A DNA stretch of 64,000 bases, taken from assembly GCA_021432655.1 (NCBI GenBank), contig MU271228.1:1-64000 (forward strand). The letters run 5' to 3'. A program made the translations under genes and the position numbers. The notes beneath the pieces were generated by a model. That model saw nothing but the letters and a program-made list of their open reading frames with translations. It ran no database searches and was not told the origin of the DNA. Positions within the stretch are counted from its first letter, which is position 1, and each line of letters opens with the position of its first letter. Of this stretch, positions 26,119 through 37,200 are shown piece after piece. The stretch comes from Atractiella rhizophila. Its lineage: Eukaryota.

Positions 26119-26991
26119 TCAGTATGGTGGAGATGTGTAGTATCCGTAGTTGGGGTTTGCCGCATAATCGTTCCCTGGTGAAACATACGCCATGTTGGAT
26201 GAACCTGCTTGCTGGGGTTCAGAAGGATCATCGAGGAGTCCCAAATTCCGCATGACTGCCTCCACATGTTCCATAGGATTACATTGACGAGAAACGCACT
26301 GTCTTCCCCTTTAATGTTATTATTTGAATTAGCGATTATACTAACGTCGATGTACACGGCCCCAATGATGGCTTGGACCAAGTCTGCGCAGCATTTTCCT
26401 GTCAAAGTCGCCATGCCCTTCTGATACACAAGATCGTCAAGGCCGTGCCTCCTGCACACTTTTTCAAGCGGAACTTGGGCCAGGAGGCCTTGGATGGTAT
26501 CGCGGTGTACCCCTAAAAAAGATGACTGTTAGAAAAGGTCAACCCGGAGATGGAACTTACTTCCATTGTCTCCCAAACCTGCACGGTAGAGGACCTATGC
26601 AAGGTATGAGTATGAGTGTTGAGTGATGCATCATCAAACGTACAGCCGTCTGAACCGTCTTCATGGCCAAGTCGCCCAAACTATAAAAAATTGACTCTTA
26701 CAGATGCTTCTTCATTCATCCAGACACCTTACCGTGCAAGACCTGCATTGGAGCCCCTCGCGTTACCAGCATGGCTCGAATGCGTGATCGCTGGGAGCCA
26801 CAACTGGTATTGCTCAGGTTCAATAGGAAAACCAATGATATTGGTCAAACACTTGAAGCGCTCCTCTGCTGCATTGACTACAACGTTTCCATACCCTGTT
26901 GACCCCCGTCAGTTCCTTACCTCTGAGCAAAGAATACCCAGGCTGCCTCACCAGCATTACGACGTCCGTCGTTGTGGTAGGGGTACGACAT
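26119..26991 (-). CDS. Stand-alone RNase III-domain protein, copy 1 (206 aa, 6 exons; predicted catalytically impaired)
   Basis: Exons 26991-26952, 26895-26733, 26680-26644, 26594-26561, 26512-26346, 26298-26119 (621 nt, all GT-AG, frame preserved): ..AITHSS..NAGLARLGDLAM..GKCCADLVQAIIGAVYID.. Confidence 0.8.
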
Positions 26992-28095
26992 GACAATGAA
27001 TACAGTTTTCAACCTTAGGGAAGTGTCGTAGTCTGTTCTCAGAGGAATCTGGGGAACTCAGCTACGAAGCCTACATCTCGCCAAAACGGCTCCTTTTATA
27101 AGTCGGCGATCTCAATGGGAAGATTGGGCCATGGTGTCAAGCAGAGTATGAAAGGAGTAAGGAGAAGGGACTCCGCAACCTGCCAATGTTCTTCATTCAA
27201 TAATGAATGGAAACTAAAGGACACAACTCCTTGTGACCTTGGAACCTTAATCCTTCTCGAAGACGGGCTTCTGAATGAGGCCATTTACCGTTGGTTGGAG
27301 GCAGGGTATCTCCTGAGATGAGATTGATGACGCACGCCCTGTACCTCCCCTTTTCGTCGAAGTATTTGTCTCCTCGCCCATGAGATAACCATTTGTCGCC
27401 GACTTTATTTTATTTGCTTGATATCATACCTTCGCCATCAACCAGATGCTGAATCAAATAATACAGCTTGCCCATGCATGTTAAATTCAGCTCCATGGTT
27501 GAGTTAGAACAGATGGCATCATTTGTCAGTGTTGTGTCCACGATCCGCGTTGGGGTCCAATCAAGATGGACAGATTTGACAGGGCACCTTACTTCAGTCC
27601 CTGTGGCGAAGTCTGAGCTGCGCTGCGACCGAACCGGTTGTCTAGTTTCAAGCGACGAGCAACGCTTACTGCGTTCCTATTGGAAGCTCTGGGTCGAAGG
27701 AGAAGCGCACCGCTGTATGGCACCTCCAGGCTGCAGTTTCAGCGTAAGAATAAAAACCAAGCCGACTAAGACGCTCCATTGGAAGAAGCTTTCAAGAACG
27801 GTGCGTCAATCGACTGACCTTGTTCTTCTCAAGCGTGCTCGCTTGTCCCTTGTGGCAAGGGACAGGCAACGGCAGAGAAAGAGGGGACTGCTCTTGCAAT
27901 TATGAGCAACCAGGGCGAGGTCTCGTCATCTTCATGAAATTGAAGGAATTCAGCGATCTTATGGCAAGGGTCACAACTCTCTTCTTGTTTGTTGCTTCAT
28001 GCATGGTGTGACAAACTGATATTCAATTTGGGCATTGCAGACATGGAAAGAAGAACTTCTGTCCTCCGAATCTGCTTGCTGATCACCTGGTTGAA

Positions 28096-28177
28096 GATTC
28101 TTGAGCTACATGACACCTACATTGGGGGAAACGGCGGCCCAAATGGCCTTGTTGTTAAGTTTTCGTAGGGTACTCAT
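28096..28177 (-). pseudogene. Orphan copy of LSC2 first exon created by the duplication
   Basis: Identical to 25161-25242 ([19 protein letters not shown] plus start of intron 1) but not followed by the remaining LSC2 exons. Confidence 0.75.
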
Positions 28178-29047
28178 TTCTTGATGGGTGGAAGTTTAAG
28201 CTAAACTGTTGGAAGAGACTACGACTGGCACGTGGGAGAGAACCAGAGAGGATTATTAGAGAGCGAAGGGAGCTGCGACCTGAGGAGTTGAGGAGACCAA
28301 GAGGAGCAGCAAGAAGAGACTTCCCGGTGCTCGACTAGGCGGTGCTGAAGATTCTTATACAAAAATGGGGTAATAGGCGGATAACTTGCATGAAGCCTGT
28401 CAGGCGGAAGGAAGTTGGAGAGGAACCTCTCTGCTCAATGAAAAGGATCAAGGTGAGCGGTCATTCCGTCCTTGGAAAGGACGAAGGGATTCAACGGTTA
28501 GCCATCGCGCTGCCATTTGCAATCAAAGAGCACTAAAATTCATCATGTCATAGCTAGTCGGTTATTTGTGAAGCGGTGAGACCGCGAAGTAGATAGGCTA
28601 AAGTTCATAGAAGCCACTGTTTCTGAAGAAAGAAATGGTATCGGAAAAGTTGGTATCAATCAACACATCAATAGTAACAAGTTAGAACGGGATAAATCGT
28701 TCCACAAAATTGTAGCAACAAGAGGAAGCAGGCGGTGAATATGCTAGCAAAACGTTGTATACGTCCTACAAACAAAATGAAATCGTTAATGAATAGTGCA
28801 GTCTGCACATCCATATATCATCGTTCAGGTCATGAGGTCAATGGTGAAACGGACGGACAAATACAAAAGGTATGAGGCGAGGATGAAGTAGAAAAACAAT
28901 ATGCAAAAGTGGCCTTGGACGTAAAGATGTAGACGGAACTTATTCTGATATGAAAAGCTTGAAAAGATGGCTTCACGCCTATTTTATCGCGACACGTCTG
29001 AGCTGCGGATAGTTCCTCCCTCAGTGAACGAAGAAAGAAAGTTTTCT

Positions 29048-29920
29048 TCAGTATGGTGGAGATGTGTAGTATCCGTAGTTGGGGTTTGCCGCATAATCGT
29101 TCCCTGGTGAAACATACGCCATGTTGGATGAACCTGCTTGCTGGGGTTCAGAAGGATCATCGAGGAGTCCCAAATTCCGCATGACTGCCTCCACATGTTC
29201 CATAGGATTACATTGACGAGAAACGCACTGTCTTCCCCTTTAATGTTATTATTTGAATTAGCGATTATACTAACGTCGATGTACACGGCCCCAATGATGG
29301 CTTGGACCAAGTCTGCGCAGCATTTTCCTGTCAAAGTCGCCATGCCCTTCTGATACACAAGATCGTCAAGGCCGTGCCTCCTGCACACTTTTTCAAGCGG
29401 AACTTGGGCCAGGAGGCCTTGGATGGTATCGCGGTGTACCCCTAAAAAAGATGACTGTTAGAAAAGGTCAACCCGGAGATGGAACTTACTTCCATTGTCT
29501 CCCAAACCTGCACGGTAGAGGACCTATGCAAGGTATGAGTATGAGTGTTGAGTGATGCATCATCAAACGTACAGCCGTCTGAACCGTCTTCATGGCCAAG
29601 TCGCCCAAACTATAAAAAATTGACTCTTACAGATGCTTCTTCATTCATCCAGACACCTTACCGTGCAAGACCTGCATTGGAGCCCCTCGCGTTACCAGCA
29701 TGGCTCGAATGCGTGATCGCTGGGAGCCACAACTGGTATTGCTCAGGTTCAATAGGAAAACCAATGATATTGGTCAAACACTTGAAGCGCTCCTCTGCTG
29801 CATTGACTACAACGTTTCCATACCCTGTTGACCCCTGTCAGTTCCTTACCTCTGAGCAAAGAATACCCAGGCTGCCTCACCAGCATTACGACGTCCGTCG
29901 TTGTGGTAGGGGTACGACAT
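29048..29920 (-). CDS. Stand-alone RNase III-domain protein, copy 2
   Basis: Same exon structure and coding sequence as 26119-26991 at offset +2929; one difference seen in intron 1 (26907/29836). Confidence 0.8.
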
Positions 29921-31215
29921 GACAATGAATACAGTTTTCAACCTTAGGGAAGTGTCGTAGTCTGTTCTCAGAGGAATCTGGGGAACTCAGCTACGAAGCC
30001 TACATCTCGCCAAAACGGCTCCTTTTATAAGTCGGCGATCTCAATGGGAAGATTGGGCCATGGTGTCAAGCAGAGTATGAAAGGAGTAAGGAGAAGGGAC
30101 TCCGCAACCTGCCAATGTTCTTCATTCAATAATGAATGGAAACTAAAGGACACAACTCCTTGTGACCTTGGAACCTTAATCCTTCTCGAAGACGGGCTTC
30201 TGAATGAGGCCATTTACCGTTGGTTGGAGGCAGGGTATCTCCTGAGATGAGATTGATGACGCACGCCCTGTACCTCCCCTTTTCGTCGAAGTATTTGTCT
30301 CCTCGCCCATGAGATAACCATTTGTCGCCGACTTTATTTTATTTGCTTGATATCATACCTTCGCCATCAACCAGATGCTGAATCAAATAATACAGCTTGC
30401 CCATGCATGTTAAATTCAGCTCCATGGTTGAGTTAGAACAGATGGCATCATTTGTCAGTGTTGTGTCCACGATCCGCGTTGGGGTCCAATCAAGATGGAC
30501 AGATTTGACAGGGCACCTTACTTCAGTCCCTGTGGCGAAGTCTGAGCTGCGCTGCGACCGAACCGGTTGTCTAGTTTCAAGCGACGAGCAACGCTTACTG
30601 CGTTCCTATTGGAAGCTCTGGGTCGAAGGAGAAGCGCACCGCTGTATGGCAGCTCCAGGCTGCAGTTTCAGCGTAAGAATAAAAACCAAGCCGACTAAGA
30701 CGCTCCATTGGAAGAAGCTTTCAAGAACGGTGCGTCAATCGACTGACCTTGTTCTTCTCAAGCGTGCTCGCTTGTCCCTTGTGGCAAGGGACAGGCAACG
30801 GCAGAGAAAGAGGGGACTGCTCTTGCAATTATGAGCAACCAGGGCGAGGTCTCGTCATCTTCATGAAATTGAAGGAATTCAGCGATCTTATGGCAAGGGT
30901 CACAACTCGCTTCTTGTTTGTTGCTTCATGCATGGTGTGACAAACTGATATTCAATTTGGGCATTGCAGACATGGAAAGAAGAACTTCTGTCCTCCGAAT
31001 CTGCTTGCTGATCACCTGGTTGAAGTAAAATGGATCCCTAGATAGTCGTACGACGATAGTGAACTCGACGTTGGGCGATCTTTATGCAACTGCATCATTT
31101 TCAGCCCAAATGATCCTTCTGTGATACATCCCTGGGGCTGGAGAGAAAAACGCACCATTTGACTCGCTGCCGAGCAATAATCGCATGTTGGATTGAGACA
31201 ATGTTAGAGTTCCAT

Positions 31216-32774
31216 TCAGGTCTCCTGCTCTGTCTCGCCCAGAAGGATCGACCAATCAATGTCAAACAGCTCCTGACTGATGAGTCTCCCCGTGCTCTCT
31301 AGTTTCTGGACCACGTCGCTGGCATTCCAGTAGTCGTCTCCGTTATCGAAGCTGTGCCCCTCTCCTTCAGCAACACGTTTAGGAACCAAAGGAAGGACAG
31401 GACGAACCTGAAGCTGATCTCTTTTTCATTGTCCACGCACCAATGCGCACATTCTAAAAGTTCCCACGTTGGCGCACCTCTTCCCGGATGGATCGCAGGA
31501 TCCAAGAATGTAATTCCCCAATCCTGCAGCTTTGCAAATCTGTCAGACCGCAAATGCTTGTACAGAGCTGTGAGGTCTATTCGAGAGGGCGAGTTGATGC
31601 TGAGAGTGGTGAGATTTGTAGATACTATGGCGTCCAGCATTTTAGCCATCGGAAACTCCCCGTCCGTACTGAAAAGCTTGAGGACTTCGAGTCGAGGAGC
31701 TATGCGGAGGAGTGGAAGGAAGGACGTTTCGAAGAGAGAAGGGAGCGGCCGTTCTTGAGTTCCCGTATTTGCGAGGCAGAGGGAAAGGACAGGATCCCAG
31801 TCATCTAATACTAAAACCCGTATGGGGATGGCTGATAACGTGGGACTGGGACGGAGCAGGGGGATAATAGCCTGCAGACTGTAGCCGGAGCAAGAAGCCA
31901 TGTACAGCTCTGACAGCCCACAACGATGCGGCGTGAAGAGCAGAGGGAAGAGAGAGGAAGGTAAACGAACGTTGAGGAGTTCGAGCGTTCGGAGGGAGTT
32001 CGTCTCCTTCTGCATTCCAGGGTCCACGTTTATGCTAGACTCGATCAGGCTGAGGTCGAGAACCTGACATGATAAAGTCACGAGGCTTCGATGTGATAAT
32101 AAGACCAAGGCGATCCCCAAGGGCAAGCTGAACACTGGTGGTTCTGGCTCTGCAGCACCGTTGGAATGTCGACATAGGCTCAGTTCGAGCTTTTTGAGCT
32201 CTTTCAGTTTCCCACTGTCAATGTTCCGAAGTAACCGCCGCATCTCCTCTTTCCCTTCCAATCCTTCCGCAAACCTCGCTCCAATATTCAGAAACTCGAG
32301 CAGCTGCAATTCGCCAATGACATCGGCCACGAGCTTGATGGGATCGTACATCCTCTTCTTCCTCTCGTTCATCGCTTTGAGTGGCTTAAAGTCATGAAAA
32401 AGGACCTTTAGATGTCGTATCCACCGAAGCGGCGGACTGATGCTTCCATCAGTGAGGCCGTTCGCAGCGTCCTTCAACCTTGCTGAGTGGATGAACAGAA
32501 ACGTGTTGAAAGTGAGAGCGGCCGAATACTTTTTAAGACAAATCGAGTGCCACAGCAAAGGGAGGACGGTATCCCTCCATGAACGACAAACGAGAGCGAT
32601 GTTTCGTAAATCGATGACGACAGAGTTCCATTGGGAAGCGTGGGGCAGCGATGGGTCGTGGAAGTTGATGTGGTAGTATGAACTGGGGCTGAGTGGCGTC
32701 TGGAGAATGTGGATGTGGCCTGAGATGAAGAGGCGGAAGATATGGTGAAGAACCGGGCACAGAGGATGAGGCAT
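31216..32774 (-). CDS. F-box-like / LRR-type uncharacterised protein
   Basis: 520-aa ORF with DLRNIALVCRSWRDTVLPLLWHSICL (F-box C-terminal pattern) and LxxLxL repeats; likely short last exon after an intron near 31354-31406. Confidence 0.7.
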
Positions 32775-32952
32775 ATGCTTCGATTCGGTACTACTGCTAG
32801 GAGAAGAAGAGTAAGGATGGTTTCTTTGATCGCGCCGATCGCAATATAAAACGTTCTGCAAGTTTTAACGATCGTCGACAAAGACAAGGACAAGTAATCA
32901 CAAAGATCCTCTTTTACTGGAACGATTCCTTCTAACTGCTGCAGCATTGCCT

Positions 32953-33090
32953 TGGACTTTAGAATATGCTGGAGTTTGACAGCAACCGCCAAACAATACG
33001 CGAGAGGCGAGGTACAGTTGATGGACTTTAGAATATGCTGGAGTTTGACAGCAACCGCCAAACAATACGCGAGAGGCGAGGTACAGTTGA
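32953..33090. repeat. Perfect 69-bp direct tandem repeat x2
   Basis: TGGACTTTAGAATATGCTGG...GGTACAGTTGA at 32953-33021 and 33022-33090. Confidence 0.95.
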
Positions 33091-33610
33091 CTAGGCGTAG
33101 TATGCATCGGCCGAGAGCTCAAGCAGCAGATCTCCTTGCCAAATCTTCGTCTCTCTTCACTCCTCTGACGATCTCTCTCAGGTCCATAGCTCTCGTAAAA
33201 TGGCGCGCAGCTGAAAGAAATCAAGTAAGAAGCCATGACATCGATTAGTTGGGCCCAAGCACCGGGAAGCACCGAAGTTCTGATTTTCCACAGGCACCGC
33301 CGCACAATAAGACGTTGTGCATCGCATTTTGATAAGATGACCACGTTTTGTTCGTAGAGGGTAAACTCCAAATTCTCAGCCTGCGTCTCTCGGTGCCCGC
33401 TCACTGAACCTGAGCTTTTCAGCTTTGAGGCACAGAAGACGACGTCCTCCATCTTCACAAGTCTATCCAGTAATTTCCGAAGACATGGGAATGGATAAAT
33501 TCATAACGGAGACATAAAGCTCCGGCCGTTGAAGCTGGACTTAAATGACGAACTCACCACGGTACTTGAGCGGAACTTTGGAGATGGAAGTGCCCAGCGA
33601 AGTGCCCACT

Positions 33611-33653
33611 CTATTTGGCGTACTATTTGACGTACTATTTGATGTACTATTTG
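33611..33653. repeat. 12-bp minisatellite (~3.5 copies, TACTATTTGRYG)
   Basis: ctatttggcg tactatttgacg tactatttgatg tactatttg. Confidence 0.85.
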
Positions 33654-34268
33654 CGCACTTGGACTGAAGGAGAGATGGCGTGAATTTATGTGTCCGGGCT
33701 GCTGTGAAAACGAACAGAATGAGTCGATCGTGAATACATTAATGGTGCACGTGATTTTAGACTGATTTCTCTAGAATTCATGTTGTCGCACTTGGCTCGC
33801 CTACGAGCATTATGGTGCAGGCTGGTAAAGGTGAACCATGATTACAATTATCCAGCATAAATTAGGCACAAACAACAATTTGTCGCCACAGGGACACTCA
33901 AGAGAGCATCCAGAAGTAGAGCAGAAGTAGACCTCCCTGCGGAAGCGGGGCGGAACCAAAATGTTTCATTGACACAAGCTTCTCCCCGACCTCTGTCTTC
34001 CTTCCTTCGACGTTCCCGCCGTTCAGCCCATACACGCTTTATTAATTCCTATACCCTTAATATTCACCTTCCCTCGAAGCGCCCATCCCAGATAGAGGTC
34101 AGAGCCACGTTTCGATCATTAAAAACGCTCTCTGTTTACCGAGCTCATACATCCAGCCCTGCTAAACTATTTAATTCGAATGACAAAACTTTGAGGTACG
34201 CTCTCTCCCTTCCCTTCTGCTTGAACAGTCGAGTAAGGGCAACACCTGCTATGTTCTGCTGCGTAGGA

Positions 34269-37200
34269 ATGTCCATCTTCGATCTCAAGAAGAAGAAGTC
34301 TCAAAATTTGTTGCAATCTCACACACCGACTCCACCAAGGACGAGCTATGAGAGCCAAGCTTCGGGCGGTGGTGCTGCTGCAGGTGGAGGTGTGAGTGCA
34401 GGGAATGGAGTGGGGAGCTTGAGGAAGGGAAAGGTGGGAGAGAGGGAGAGGATCGGTCAATGGGCAAGTAGTGGAAGCTTGAGGGCAAATGCTGGGATGG
34501 GGAACGAACCAATTGGTGAGTGGCTGCTCCGTACTGTCCCTGGGTTTCGTGTGTGCGCTGTGATCATATCTATCGATCGTGAGAGTGCACGCACGCACTT
34601 GCTCTCATTATGGTCAGGTGTTGCTCTTCATTCTGTCTCGCTACATCAGCCTAGCTCTTAAGGCTTGCTTGTGAAGAGCTCTTGCTTCCAGCTCGATCAT
34701 CAGCTCCACGAGTCAAGTGACAATTCTCCTCCGTTTTCTCTTTGATAATCCTACTGTCACGCCACATGGTTCGGCTCAGGGTGTAAACCTCTGCAAAAAA
34801 CGCCATGACATTATGAGACGAGGCGGATCCTCGAGATAAATCTCTCCATCCCCTTGAGGTGAAGATGGTAAACAGAAATTCCTTCGCCAACAATGGGTAT
34901 AAAAGTTATCTCGCATTAACGAGAGAAAGGACTTTGTGGACTTTTGGTTTGATATATTATGGAAAGGGTATGGACGTGGACAGCTGAAAGGTGTTGCATA
35001 CGGCGCAGAACTCTTCTTTAGAAGAACGTATTCTTCGTCCGTAGCCTGGTTTGTGAACCTAAATTACTATAACTGTCCCTTCATCAGATGAAGTGCCACT
35101 ATCTTCACTTTGTCAGTTTTGCATAGCAGACGGTTCCCTTGCTGCAGCATTCCAGACAGTGATAGACGTCAGAGACTCCTTTTTGACGACATTTCTGCAT
35201 TCTTCCATAGCTGTCTACAATCTCTTTCCTTCAGGGTCGAGCATGTTGTGATTGCCTTGCATGGCTTAGTTCCTCAGTGCTGAAGTGCCAAGTGGTGGAA
35301 AGATTGTGGAAGCTTGTACATATTGTTGGCTGGCCTTTCTAACTCTTTGGACACAGCCGACAATCCAATTACCTTTTCCCGTCTATCCTCCCGACTACCT
35401 GTCTCCAAATCGATCCAACCGCTTCACTTCTCGCCTTTACATCAGACGACATCTCACACCTCTACTATCTCCTCTCCCTTAGCAACGGGTATCGCCTCTA
35501 CTCTGTCAACGGCGACGACACATAACTCTATGTTTTCTACTAATACCGTCAATCCGCCCTCCTCCTTCTCAGTCGATCACCATCGTCGTAACCTCAGTGG
35601 AAACACGGAAGCAACGTCGATATACGAAGATAGGGATAGTTGGCCCAAGCTCAAGGATCCTTTTGCCAATATGGGGATCACAGGGACCAGTGGAGGATGG
35701 GGACAGCAGACGATCGCTGCTGTTACGAAGGATCGGGGATTCGAGGGAACGTCTTCAGCTGCAGCGAGGGGAGGAGTTGGAGGGATGGAGCTAGCGAGGA
35801 CTAATTCGTGGGCTGGTTCGTTGTCGGAGAAGGATCGGGAGCCGGAAAGAAGAGGGAGGGAGAGACAGAGGACGGAGCCGACTTCGAGCTTTGTCGCTTC
35901 CCTGGGCATGGCTCCGATCTCTTCGGCCGATACCAAACGATCTAGTAGCATCTATAGCACCTCATCCAACACTTTTCCTTCACTTGCAGCTCTTAGTCGA
36001 GGTGTTGGTGGAGAACAGAAGGGAGGTACCGTAGGCTTGGGTTTGGGGAATCTGGAGGGTGTTTTGGCGGGAAAGAGCCATTTCCCCTCTTTGGCCAAGA
36101 TACATGGAACAGTTGGTTTAGGGGCAGCAAGAAGATTAGGGGAAGAAAGGAACTTCATTTCCACTCCGGGTTCGAACGGAATGACGAGTATGTGGAGGGA
36201 TCCAGCGACGAATCGAAATTTTGTCCGTCACCCTTACGGTTTTGACAGCTCGCCAGCATCGAGTAGTTCGAACCTCGTTCCTTTCCCCTCTAATCCTAAT
36301 TTCAACATCTCCACCTCCAAAAGCTCGCCTGTCGTTCCTCAGACGGAGGACGCATCTTCCCGGCCATCGAGGGAGGAGGAACAGGATGATAGGTTCTTGG
36401 GCGTGAAGAAAGGGGGAGTGAGGATGTCAACTTCTTTCCCCGAGCTGAGGAACGTCGCCATCGCGCGAGAATCGCAGGAGCGGGCTGCATATCCACCAGT
36501 GCCGCCGCTTGCGCCCGTCAATACCAAGCTGCACCCGCAGATGATGTCCAAGCCCCTCACCTCTGCTCCTCCCATCCAGCAGTTTCCTTCTCAATTGTCT
36601 CCCACCAGCAACCACCCTCAAGCTGAACGCGGTCCTTCGAGCAGTTCCAAACCTGCACGACCGCATCGAGACCCTGACTCCGTCTTTGAGCATCCGATCT
36701 GGGCACAATTGCAGAAAGAAGTCATGGCTCCTCAGCCTATCCAGAATATGTATGAGGTTTACACCTTCCCGAAACCTCGACTAAAGCCACAAATGGTGAA
36801 TACACTCGCCATTGAGGCAACCGGGACGGAGAAGAATGTAGAAGAGGAGCTGAAGGATGCGGTTAAACGAAGCAAAAGTAGGGGACGGAGTTTGTCGCGG
36901 AGTAGAGGGCTATCGCTTAATGCTACTGCCCCCTCTTCTAATCATGGACACACAGTTAAGGAGTCGATGTCGTCGAGACCCGAAAGGGGGAGAAGGTCAT
37001 CTTCGTACATGAACGGATTTGTAGAAGGCTTTGAGATTGCTGCTGCTGGAGCCAAGCTCGGGGCATTGGGACCGGATGTTGCTGAGATGGTTCACGGGCT
37101 GCACAAGAGTGCGAGTCAGATATGGAAAGAGAATCTTGCAAGTCAGAAAGAGAGGGAGGGATGGAGCGACGGTGATGGTATTCGGAGGAGGAAATCGAGT

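Larger units (their letters stand above)
25161..31024. repeat. Head-to-tail tandem duplication, unit ~2.93 kb (25161-28095 and 28096-31024)
   Basis: Both units start GATTCTTGAGCTACATGACACC and end GATCACCTGGTTGAA; ORF track repeats at offset 2929. Confidence 0.97.

Noticed and set aside
27096..28011. ORFs of 62-145 aa inside the duplicated unit (also 30025-30940)
   Set aside because: No motif or consistent splice model; identity between copies is explained by the recent duplication.
32953..33090. CRISPR-like array
   Set aside because: Two abutting copies without spacers in a eukaryotic context; a simple tandem duplication.
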